Shown here: positions 1 to 9,500 of the stretch, one piece after another
Layout of the letters: each line of letters starts with the position of its first letter
Position numbering within the stretch: the stretch's first letter is position 1
NCBI GenBank assembly: GCA_038257035.1
Contig: JBBSJT010000005.1
Span: 1 to 42,064, forward strand
Reading direction: 5' to 3'
DNA from: Chlamydiia bacterium
GTDB taxonomy: Bacteria > Chlamydiota > Chlamydiia > Chlamydiales > Parachlamydiaceae
DNA: 42,064 nt
Program-made: the position numbers and the translations under genes
Notes under the pieces: generated by a model
Database searches by the model: none
Told to the model about the DNA's origin: nothing
What the model saw: the letters and a program-made list of their open reading frames with translations, nothing else

Positions 1-4
1 ATTT

Positions 5-301
5 AAGTAGAACCAGTATATACTGGTGCTCCTTGAAAGTGAAAATCTGCAATGGCCAAAAATCTGTTTAATATAGCATCTTCGATTTTTTACAGGATAT
101 GCACGATCGCTGCGCGGCACGAGATACAGGATAATATCAACCTCCTGTATTACTGAAGGTTGATATTATCCTGCTTATCGTGTCGCGCAGCGATCGTGCA
201 TATCCTGTAAAAAAATCGAAAATGTTATAGATTGTAGAAGTCTAAATTTTTTCAGATTGAAGTAGAATTATATACTAGTGCAACTTGAAAGTGAAAATTT
301 G
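5..301 (-). promoter_or_regulatory. Duplicated ~43-bp segment (5-49 and 260-301), each carrying a sigma70/66-like promoter on the minus strand
   Basis: Minus strand reads TTCACT-N17-TATAAT (copy 260-301) and TTCACT-N17-TATACT (copy 5-49). The copies align closely (AAGTAGAA..TATATACT.GTGC..CTTGAAAGTGAAAAT.TG). Confidence 0.5.
72..229. repeat. Long palindromic element (CAGGATAT-type arms)
   Basis: TATAGCATCTTCGATTTTTTACAGGATATGCACGATCGCTGCGCGGCACGA...CAGGATAATATCAACCT pairs with its inverted copy ending at 229; the loop is short. Confidence 0.9.
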
Positions 302-360
302 TTAAATTTAAAAAACTCTCTCCCACCACTCCTCTCGTGTACTCTCTTGTTAAAAAAACA

Positions 361-1245
361 CTAAGGTGTAAAATTACGGAGGAGTTTACAGAAGGCACTG
401 AGTTCTTTACGAAGGGGTATGGCGCGAGCCGCTAGTTGCTGCTGCTCTTTTTGGTATTGCTCCCTGCCCTCTTTTGTTTCAATGCAGATCGGCAGATACC
501 CCATCGATGATAAATCATATGGACTTGCCCGCATATCTAGTTCACGAGCCTCTAATGTAAGGAAAAAAGCTTTTGCAATAAATTCGGAGCCTATCCATGG
601 CCAAAGCCTGCCCGCCCATTTGTAAAGATCCATATTGGCATGTAAACAACCGCCCTGTTCCATTTCTACTTTAGTGGTTGCAAGTGGGTTTAATTTATTG
701 AGCGGACGCGCTTCTTCAGTAAAAAAACGAAAGGCATCGTAGTGTGAGCAGCAAATCATTTGCGAGGCGACAAAACTTTCAAGTTCATTTTGTGGCAATC
801 TGAGTTTATGTCCTTGATGTCTAATAGTTTCAGCTGATGCTTTATAGACCATTGCCCATTCATGAAGACCAAAACAGTTGAAGCGCATGGGTCTACTAGA
901 AATCGTATCGCAAAGGTTTTCAATAAAGGCAGCCGCTTTTAAAGTGCTTGCCGTAATCCATTCTGTTTTTGCGCCAAGTAAATTACCATCTATTGTAAAC
1001 CATTGCTCGTTTAACCAAGGATGTTTTTCAAGATCCTGATTTTCAATAATTAACTTTTCTGTAATCGACGGAACCCATTGTCTTAACTTGGTTGGGGAAA
1101 AAGGATAATAAACGAATAGAAAATCATGCACGGCATGTTTTTGACCAAGCCCACGCCTTCTTAAAAAAGCTTCGGTTATTTCTTCAAGCTTTGCATAATG
1201 ATCTTTTGCCCTTAAATTCCAGTCTAGCGATGAGATTTCTATCAT
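361..1245 (-). CDS. Conserved Cys/His-motif protein (family often labelled '3-methyladenine DNA glycosylase' in Actinobacteria; function unverified)
   Basis: Motifs KHAVHDFLFVYY, CFGLHEWAMVY, CSHYDAFRFFT, EQGGCLHANMDLYKWA, DMRASPYDL. Confidence 0.7.
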   Translation of the reverse strand: MIEISSLDWNLRAKDHYAKLEEITEAFLRRRGLGQKHAVHDFLFVYYPFSPTKLRQWVPSITEKLIIENQDLEKHPWLNEQWFTIDGNLLGAKTEWITASTLKAAAFIENLCDTISSRPMRFNCFGLHEWAMVYKASAETIRHQGHKLRLPQNELESFVASQMICCSHYDAFRFFTEEARPLNKLNPLATTKVEMEQGGCLHANMDLYKWAGRLWPWIGSEFIAKAFFLTLEARELDMRASPYDLSSMGYLPICIETKEGREQYQKEQQQLAARAIPLRKELSAFCKLLRNFTP

Positions 1246-2249
1246 TGTGCAACACTCTTAAACTTTCGGATAGGTGCAGAACTCATTTCTTCCCGAACCA
1301 AATCATCATAAAACTTTGTTAAAAAAAGAGATGACTCTACGCCAAAGATAACTGGAGAATTGTTAATGTTCTCTTTGCAAAAAGTTGCATGCACGTTCAA
1401 TATTTCTTCATGTGTCTTAAAAAAAGTGGTTGAAACCGAAACCATCCCTTCTAAAATAGTTGGAAAGGAACAACTTTTAAAATTTGACAATTCTAATGCA
1501 TTCACCATTTCTTGATGTTCAGCAAAAGTACCCCCTATTTTATTTGTAAGATTATTCTTTGGCATGATTAACCATTCCGATTCTACAATCATCACATCTC
1601 CAAAAGCATCCAATACATCGATGTCGATGGCTAAACCAAAATTATTTTTATTCTCTTCTGCAAATTTTTCAAGACGTTTGTTTAAAGTGTCCCAAAGTGT
1701 ACTAAAATCCATACCATCATAATTGGCATTAGTTATTTTGCTTAAATTATCTATCGGGTTTTCAGGGAAGTATTTTTTTACAAGCGCATCAAATTTATTA
1801 ATACTTAGATTTTTTGGCATCCAAACAAATACATGGGTCTGCCCTAATTTTTTATTCAGAAATGTTGGGCATGGCCCTTTATACATGGCACCAATGGTTT
1901 TTGGCAGTGAATCAAAGGCATATTTAGAGTCAAATTCAGTTAATGCAATATCAGGGAAAAATCTATTCCAATCAGTTGGATTAAAAGTCTCGTTCCAAAT
2001 CACATTTTTTAATAACTCAGGATCGTTTGACAATACTTCCCATTTTTTACTCACAAGAGAAATAGATTGGGAAATATCTTGGAAATTTAATAGAGAAAAG
2101 ATTTGTCGCAATACATCTGAAACGATAAAATCATCAATTGTTAGGTCTGAAGGGATTTCGATTATGGAAGTCGTGGCTTGCATAGCATCAAAGGATCTTA
2201 TCATAGGGACTTCTCTTATTTTTAAGTTGTGTAAATCATACAATTTCAA
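1242..2249 (-). CDS. F-box-domain protein, candidate secreted effector; paralog of 27229-28089
   Basis: F-box-like DVLRQIFSLLNFQDISQSISLVSKKWEVLSNDPEL, followed by FNPxDW, LP...GPCPTF...THVFVWMP and WLIM blocks shared with 27229-28089. The start codon is uncertain. Confidence 0.75.
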   Translation of the reverse strand: MKLYDLHNLKIREVPMIRSFDAMQATTSIIEIPSDLTIDDFIVSDVLRQIFSLLNFQDISQSISLVSKKWEVLSNDPELLKNVIWNETFNPTDWNRFFPDIALTEFDSKYAFDSLPKTIGAMYKGPCPTFLNKKLGQTHVFVWMPKNLSINKFDALVKKYFPENPIDNLSKITNANYDGMDFSTLWDTLNKRLEKFAEENKNNFGLAIDIDVLDAFGDVMIVESEWLIMPKNNLTNKIGGTFAEHQEMVNALELSNFKSCSFPTILEGMVSVSTTFFKTHEEILNVHATFCKENINNSPVIFGVESSLFLTKFYDDLVREEMSSAPIRKFKSVAQ

Positions 2250-2390
2250 AAGCTTTTAATCTATGGTTAAAATGACTTCCCCTAATCACCGCATCATTTT
2301 CTGCAAAACTTAGATAAGAACAGTAATTACATTTCAACAAGCGACTATGGAAAATGAAAACTTGTGATATGCCAATAAGATATTTCACAT

Positions 2391-2421
2391 TGCATATCCT
2401 GTAAAAAATCGTATAGGTTAT
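2391..2421. repeat. Remnant right arm of the 72-229 element family
   Basis: TGCATATCCTGTAAAAAATCG matches 197-218 apart from one A. Confidence 0.7.
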
Positions 2422-2498
2422 TATAAGAGATGTAATGATTATTTTTCATATCGGATTAAGAAAACGTCTAAACTTTGTTTCTCTTTGTTATCGTTGTG

Positions 2499-3146
2499 CT
2501 AGTCGACGAGTTTGAGGCTTGCCCAAAGGGAGGGTTGCTGCTCCACCTGGTATTCTGCGGAGGTTGCGGAAAATTCTTGTGGTCTTCCACCTGCTCGATT
2601 GATTCGATAAGAAAAGCCCAACCGATCAAATTGTTCAGGATCGTAACCTTGAAGACAATGGGAGGGAATAAATATTTCCAAAGAATAGGAAGTTGGGTTT
2701 TTTTTAACTTTTAACATGAGCTCATCTGACTCTATAAGCTCATGAGCATCTTCAGAGCGAAATTTAGTAATCTCCCCTGAAATATGACCATCAACAGCTT
2801 CCGGGAGAAAGAAAAAATGATGACAAAATCGAGTGTTAAAGCCTGATGTTTTTAAATCGCGTGTATCAAAGAAAAGCTCAATACCATCACCGTCCGTTAC
2901 ATCGGGGTAGCTACATCTTGTGATAGGCTCTTCAACAACTACGTAAAGCTCAATACCCTCTTTACTCCAACCCATAGAGAGCTTGGCAAAGCTCTCTTCA
3001 TTCATGAGAGCCGTAGTGTCCGGCATCTCATATAATTTACCTTTTGTCAAGCGTAAGCTAAAAGATGGTTTTTTTAAACGATGGCATTCCAAACTCATTT
3101 GAAAGAATTGGATCGGAGATAATGAAAAGCCATCGTTATCAAACAT
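2499..3146 (-). CDS. Hypothetical protein with DOMON/CBM9-like sugar-binding fold
   Basis: W..EGIELYVVV, GDGIELFFDTRD, YSLEIFIP and LGFSYRIN resemble CBM9-like beta-sandwich motifs. Confidence 0.55.
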   Translation of the reverse strand: MFDNDGFSLSPIQFFQMSLECHRLKKPSFSLRLTKGKLYEMPDTTALMNEESFAKLSMGWSKEGIELYVVVEEPITRCSYPDVTDGDGIELFFDTRDLKTSGFNTRFCHHFFFLPEAVDGHISGEITKFRSEDAHELIESDELMLKVKKNPTSYSLEIFIPSHCLQGYDPEQFDRLGFSYRINRAGGRPQEFSATSAEYQVEQQPSLWASLKLVD

Positions 3147-3148
3147 TC

Positions 3149-5482
3149 TTATTCCTGCACAGAATGAGGAACCATTGTTTCTATTGGCTGATTTAAATAG
3201 TCCAAAGAAATTGCATGGTCATTTTTTATTTTAGCGATCACTTTTTTCATATAATTTTTCTCAGCGGCATTTGAAAGCAAGCTCTGCGCTGAAATCTGCT
3301 TATTATTAGATGGCTCTACAGTTGCAATTTTCTTCTCTTTAACATAAAAGAAGGAGATTTCGCCGTTTGGTGCTGTAATAATGTCTGTCCAGCTATTAGG
3401 CTGAAGCTTAAATAGATCGTTGTTTTTTAGATCGTCTTTGCGACTTAAACTAACTTCTTTTTTATGTAGCTTCCACTGTTCAGCAGGAGTTGAAATTGCA
3501 GGCAATTGTGTTGAACTATCTGACTTATCTTCATTTTTAAGGGATATGAAGTTTGATGATACTGCCTGATTTTTTTTAAGCAGTTCTTGATTCTCTTTTA
3601 CCATTCCATAAAAACGAAGTGTAGCTGCCTCACGAGAAGTAACTTTTTCTTTGCCTGCTTGTTTTGCAATAGTATTTAATGTGTCTGCAGAATACTCTTC
3701 TGAAATCAAATCTTGGACTTCATCATAAGACTTCCAATTTCTTGCTTCTTTATTTTTTTGATAATAAGCTTTTAACTTATCATCGAGCATTAAATCAAGA
3801 ATACCTGCACGATCAGCTTCTGAAAAAGTTAAAATCTCTTCATGTGGACTTTTTTCTAACACTGTTATTAGATAATGATGTTGGTTATCTGCTGTAAATC
3901 GAAGAGCTGTATCTTTTTCTTGATTGTCCAATAGATTGATGAGCTCTTCACCATTGCTTAAACCTTCAAAGAAAGAATTGTTCCCTTTTTTACTTAGAGA
4001 AATTACAAGTGTACGTTCCCGAGCTTTTTGAAGAGCTTCGTTTAACCACTCAGGATGCGATTCTACAATTTCACTTCTTGCAAAAAGATCTACACGTGAA
4101 CGTGTCACTTCATCTAAATCGTCCAAAATTTTAAAGCGCTCTTCATTTGTAGTTGCTTTCTTAACCCCAAGTTCCGGAAATTTGGCTACAAGTTGATCCC
4201 AATGATCTACTTCAAAGTTCCATGTATCTTTAAGAGATGCTTTTGACAATAAATTCTTCTTGTTAGCTTCGCTTGCACGAACCAAATATCGCTTTTGAAC
4301 AAATTCCGGATTTCTTTTGGAAAGCGTGTTGATACTTAAGAATGTAGTGGGAAGTTTGAGGTTTTTAACATCTTCGTCGCTTCGTTTGCTAATTTGGTTT
4401 AGATAGATTTCAAATTTTTGTAAACTCGCTAAATCCGATAGTTGCATCTCTTTTGGTAAAGAATAAACTTCACCGTTTATGACTTCTTCTGCATACTGAT
4501 TTAACTGCTGATCGACTAACGAGCCTTCAAAAACACTTGTTCCTACATCTTGAAATAATCTTCTAAAAAGTAAAACTTTTTGCCATACTTTAACAGCTTG
4601 GTTTTGATCCATTCCTAAGAGGCGAAATTGTTCGTTATAATATTCATTACTATTGACAACGCCAATATTTGGGTTGTTAATGTTTTGATTGTAGCTGATT
4701 TGTGAATTGCGCATTAAATCGGCAAGAGCTTCTTCTTTTGAAACTTTATAGCCTTTTTGTTCGGCAATTTTTGCGCCATTGATAATAAACTGGGCGCTAA
4801 GTCTGACAAAGCGTGGGCCAAACCAATCTTCGACCGTATGATAACCAAAAAGGGATAAGTCCATTCTGTCAAGGTTAGGATCGTGCGAGATAAATTTAGA
4901 TTGTTTTTCCTGCGCATTCAACATATAGCGAAGATAATTTGGCGGGAAATTCATCTCGGCAGTAAAGAGCTTAATCCTTGTGTCGATCCCTTTTTCTGTT
5001 GCAGCATCATTTAAATTTTGAAGCATTTTTAGATTTTCATTAATTTTGGGAGCATAAACCGCCCAAACCGATTGAGGACCGATGAAATTTGCTTGTGGAT
5101 GCTGATAGAGCCTGTAGGCTTTTTCTTTTAGAAGGCGATTGTCAAGATCGGGTTTTAAATCAGCAAGGTATTGATCAGCTAATAAATTTGCAATTCCTGT
5201 TGCAATCAGATCCTTACGAATAACGCCGTCATTTAAAAAATTAGGTCCCCATGACCCACCAAAAAACTGTTTGTCATAGTTGTCGGTGCTGATAAACATC
5301 ACCATTTCGTCCAATTCATGCCGAGAGATGTTTTCACCATCGACCGCTGTAAAAACCACTTGATCTCGAATGGGATTTGGAACAATGGCGCTATTGGTTC
5401 CAAAAAATGAAAACGAAATAATAATGACAAATGTCACTACAATAAAAATATAGCTTTGGTATTTACGAAAAAATTCTAGCAT
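3149..5482 (-). CDS. Membrane-anchored SurA-N/PpiD-like periplasmic chaperone
   Basis: N-terminus MLEFFRKYQ plus a TM helix (IFIVVTFVIIISFSFFG), then VDGENIS and AEQKGYKVSKEE as in SurA_N-type domains; 777 aa. Confidence 0.55.
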   Translation of the reverse strand: MLEFFRKYQSYIFIVVTFVIIISFSFFGTNSAIVPNPIRDQVVFTAVDGENISRHELDEMVMFISTDNYDKQFFGGSWGPNFLNDGVIRKDLIATGIANLLADQYLADLKPDLDNRLLKEKAYRLYQHPQANFIGPQSVWAVYAPKINENLKMLQNLNDAATEKGIDTRIKLFTAEMNFPPNYLRYMLNAQEKQSKFISHDPNLDRMDLSLFGYHTVEDWFGPRFVRLSAQFIINGAKIAEQKGYKVSKEEALADLMRNSQISYNQNINNPNIGVVNSNEYYNEQFRLLGMDQNQAVKVWQKVLLFRRLFQDVGTSVFEGSLVDQQLNQYAEEVINGEVYSLPKEMQLSDLASLQKFEIYLNQISKRSDEDVKNLKLPTTFLSINTLSKRNPEFVQKRYLVRASEANKKNLLSKASLKDTWNFEVDHWDQLVAKFPELGVKKATTNEERFKILDDLDEVTRSRVDLFARSEIVESHPEWLNEALQKARERTLVISLSKKGNNSFFEGLSNGEELINLLDNQEKDTALRFTADNQHHYLITVLEKSPHEEILTFSEADRAGILDLMLDDKLKAYYQKNKEARNWKSYDEVQDLISEEYSADTLNTIAKQAGKEKVTSREAATLRFYGMVKENQELLKKNQAVSSNFISLKNEDKSDSSTQLPAISTPAEQWKLHKKEVSLSRKDDLKNNDLFKLQPNSWTDIITAPNGEISFFYVKEKKIATVEPSNNKQISAQSLLSNAAEKNYMKKVIAKIKNDHAISLDYLNQPIETMVPHSVQE

Positions 5483-5612
5483 GATTGAACTCCTAAAATG
5501 AAGTTTTCATCTTATCAAAATTCATGCTTTACAACAAACATTTTTTGATTGAATTTATAGCTTTAAGCCTGATAAACTTAAAACTTCAACCGTTTATTAA
5601 TTTGGATGTTTT

Positions 5613-6221
5613 ATGTTTACAGGAATAGTAAAGGCAATTGCAAATGTTACTCATGTTAAAAAGCTTGTCGGTATGATCCAAATTTCTCTATTTCTTGTCG
5701 ATGAACTGATTAAAAATTTGAAAATTGGTGCAAGCGTTTCCATCAATGGCGTCTGTCTGACCGTTGTAAAAATTGAAAATAATCTTGTGTTTTTCGATAT
5801 AATCGATGAAACATTAAAATTGACAAATTTAAAACATCTTGCCCCAAACCAGTTGGTTAATGTGGAGCGTGCAGCTTGTTTTGGCGATGAAATTGGCGGT
5901 CACATTCTTTCGGGACATATATTCGGAACATGCCAGATCAGCGAAATAGCCAAGACTGAAAATAATTGCGTAATCAACTTAAGGTGTGAAGATCAAAATC
6001 TTATTAAATATCTTTTTAAAAAAGGCTACATTGCCCTGGATGGAGTCAGTCTAACTTTAGTATCGGTCGACAAAGAAAAAAAAACATTTACAGTCCATTT
6101 AATTCCCGAAACTCTTCGGGCAACCACTTTTTTTGAGAAACAAGTGGGGGATGAGATTAATGTAGAAATTGATTACCATACTCAAGTCATCGTCGACACC
6201 GTCACCTCACTGAATCTGTAA
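5613..6221 (+). CDS. ribE: Riboflavin synthase (alpha subunit)
   Basis: N-terminal MFTGIV; GASVSINGVCLTV; VNVERA; GGHILSGH; KGYIALDGVSLT. Confidence 0.97.
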   Translation: MFTGIVKAIANVTHVKKLVGMIQISLFLVDELIKNLKIGASVSINGVCLTVVKIENNLVFFDIIDETLKLTNLKHLAPNQLVNVERAACFGDEIGGHILSGHIFGTCQISEIAKTENNCVINLRCEDQNLIKYLFKKGYIALDGVSLTLVSVDKEKKTFTVHLIPETLRATTFFEKQVGDEINVEIDYHTQVIVDTVTSLNL

Positions 6222-6234
6222 CGTACACAAGAAC

Positions 6235-6548
6235 ATACCGTTATTGTTTACATTTTTTTACCGCGAAGGACGCGAAGAAGCGCAAGCTAGAGCTTGCGGG
6301 AAGAAACGCGAAGAAGCGCGCTTTCGCACGAAAAAAGACAACAAGAAATGAATGAAAAACTATAATTTATGAAGATATTCCTCTTTGCAATTGAAAATAG
6401 CAAGGGGGATGATTTCAAAAGACATTTTAATAATAGTTTTGCATTGCCTAATTCTCGCGCGATAGCGCGCTTCTTCGCGTTTCTTCCCGCAGCGTAGCTG
6501 CGCTTCTTCGCGCCCTTCGCGGTAAAAAAAGGATAAGACAAAGGTATA
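6235..6548. repeat. Long palindromic element (CGCGAAG-type arms) between convergent genes
   Basis: Arms of ~80 bp: TTTTTTTACCGCGAAGGACGCGAAGAAGCGC... (from 6253) and ...GCGCTTCTTCGCGCCCTTCGCGGTAAAAAAA (to 6530). Outer ends ATACC/GGTATA; AT-rich spacer. Confidence 0.92.
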
Positions 6549-6588
6549 AAAAGTCAAAAAAGGGGGTATATCTTCGTGGTGAATGGGA

Positions 6589-9500
6589 TCAGTGGTCGGC
6601 GACGAGGGATTCTGGCAGTTCATGCTTAAGCTTTTGCAGGCTGTAAGTTGGACGGCGCAAGTTGCCTTCTATGCTTACAACAAACAATTCTGCTAATTTA
6701 AATAATAAATTATATTGTTTCATCCGAACTTTCATAAATAGGTTACCCTCAAAGTCAACATAAGATGGGTAAGGTGTTGTTGCAAGGTAAAACTTGGACA
6801 ACCTACCCTCGCTATATACTTCATGAAATTTATTGAGTAAAACTTTTCCATCTAGAAGTTGGTATTCAACGGTTCCAATCACAGGCGTTAAAACTGTTAA
6901 ACTAAGACCAATTCGCGAAATAATTTCGGCAGGAATTGCAAAGATTGTGTTTTGGAAATTTTTCTTATGAGGATTTTTGAAAGAAAAATGACCATAACCT
7001 TTGAAGCTTTTTTCATCAAATAATTCACCTGTCACATCTCCAAGATCAAGTTGCGTAATAACAAAAGATTTTCGTTGCGAATTTAACTGGTTGTTTGTGT
7101 GTTGAATGAGGCTTGGTCTAAAATCTTCAATTTTCAATTGTGGTAATGTAATTTTCCAAATCCCTAAATCTTTTGGACTTAAATGAACTTCTTCAGCGTA
7201 TAAAGTTCCACAGGGATCATCCACGTGTAGGTCATGAATTTTCGTTTGATTTTTACAGTAGTCAACCTTGGCTTCAAGTTTTTGAAAATGATATCCTTTA
7301 AATTCAAAATCAGCTCCCAGCAATATGCCTTTAAATTTTGAATTGAATAAATCAAAATTCTGTCCGTCAAAAAGAGACCAATTGCCCTTCAAGCTATACC
7401 CTTTTTGGATTTGCCAATTTTTAATTTTTGATGCTAACTCGGGTGGCAAAAATGAAACTAAACGTTGCATATCAAAATTGAAATCACCACTCAAATGAAA
7501 AATTCCCGCCTGAAGAGGCTCTTCAGGGTTTCGATAAAGCTGCATTTTAGTTCCTGCAAAAGAGCCTTCGCAAGCTTCTATAGCAAGGCCTGTATCTTTA
7601 TGATTGCGCCAATTAATAACTAAAGAGCGATCTAGAGGATCAGGTGTTTCCATTTCAAAAGATGCGTCAGAAACAACATGTTCTTCACTATCTCGTAATT
7701 CCAGTTTCCCATAATTCAGTGTTGGGGATTTTGAACTAAGGTCCAGAAAAAATTCGTTTCCCTTATAATTATACAGGGTGGACAGTTTAAACTCGCAAGG
7801 GTCAAAATCAATTGCAAAGTTTTTAACATGATGATCTTGGTTGAAAAATCTATAAGTACCATCTTTTAGTGAAAGATGCATCGCATAATAGGGTTTGGAA
7901 ATATCAAGGTTCAGTGTTCCTTCAAAAAAATCCGTTTTTTTTGATTCATTAACGATTTCTAAAACTTGGGTTGTTATTTTCTTTTTAAAAGTTTTAGCTA
8001 ACAGATCTGTTAAATTTTTTAATTGTGAGGCTTCCAACTTAAAATTTAACCCTTCAACAAAAAGTGCATTCTCGGCAAATTCATAATGAACTTGTAACGC
8101 ATCAAGCGAAACACTTTTTATTTCTCCAGGCTCATCCTTATTGAGGATTAATGCTGTTTTCATCTCTCCAAAAGAAATTCCTTTATCAGATAGATAATGA
8201 CAAGATAAATGATCCAGATCCTTAAAGTGCAATCCCAACGCTTGAAAATTGTTGAGGGTACCATTGAGCCGCAAATCGCTTTGAAATCCAAAAAGACCTT
8301 TTCCAAGTTCTACTTTTAATTTTCCGGTTCCTTTAAATTTCCCTTTCGGATGAAATTCATCGGCAAAATGTTTTAATGTTATGGATTCATGTAATCGATC
8401 TAGATTTGCTTCAAAAAGATGCACATCTGTTATAAAGGCATTTTCTTCTTTGCAATACTCGCCTTTAAGACCTGCCAGCAAGCATGAACCTATCTGAACT
8501 CCAAGAAAGTTAATTTTGCATTTATTTTCCTCTGATACAATATCGGCGCCCAGGGTCAGTTGATCTAATTTCAACTCTTCGATAGACCAATTTTGATCAG
8601 ATTTAGTGCCTTTAAGACTTAAGAGGTCAAACTTATGAGGCCCTATTTCAACCTTTAAACCTTTTAATGAATAGTTAAAAAGAGATTTAGGCTGATCATA
8701 ATCAAGATGAAAAACAACGTCGCCACAAGCTGTGGTAAGTTCGTTCAATTCTTTTAATAGGGATCGCGATAAGAAGAAAAATCCTGTACGGCTAAAGCGT
8801 TGCAGATCTTTGAATAGGTGGCTGATTTTAAATTCAAAATCTAAATTAAGAACTTCAAGCTGTGACCACTCTTTTAAACAGCAATTAAAAGATGTTGGAT
8901 GCATATCGCCAAAATGGGACAATTCATGATTTAGGGCAATTTCAACAAGCCCCTCATTTTTTGACTTAGTTTTTCCGACAATTCTGATGATATCTCTATT
9001 TTTATCTCCAACCCACATATCAAAGGTCGATTCACTTTTTAAATAGTCGGCGAAATGAATGCGGTCCCCTGCAACCAAATATTCTTCAACGCGTCCCGGT
9101 TTTCCAACAAGAAGTGTTCCATGCATGTCAGAAAAAATAAGATCATTAGCCTGATGATTATAATCAAAATTAACATTCAAATCTTGAACAGACACATCAA
9201 AGTTGTCACTTTTAATAGATCCGTTAGAAATTTCACCTTGGATTGAAGCCTCAAATTGGCAACCATCTGCATCAAATTTACATTTTAAGAAAGCGCCTTC
9301 CTGCCTAAAAGAAACATCACTTTCAAGGGGCATTTTCAAAAAAAATGCAGATTTATTAAAATGTGAAAATAAGTGCTGAAGCTCTGAAAATTTTCCTTTC
9401 ATTGTTTTGATTTGCAAACCTACTTGCAATTCATCATCATTTTTTGGACTGATCTCAATTTCTTGAGCCCCTGAAAAATAGATGCCATTGGAGAATGCCT

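Noticed and set aside
1723..2259. 178-aa antisense ORF and other antisense ORFs (e.g. 20272-20775, 33427-33924)
   Set aside because: They lie opposite well-supported genes and have no recognisable motifs.
6287..6623. Short ORFs over the palindromic elements (also 18301-18567, 29594-29860, 29926-30138)
   Set aside because: They are Arg/Ala-rich translations of GC-rich repeat arms with no RBS or family motifs.
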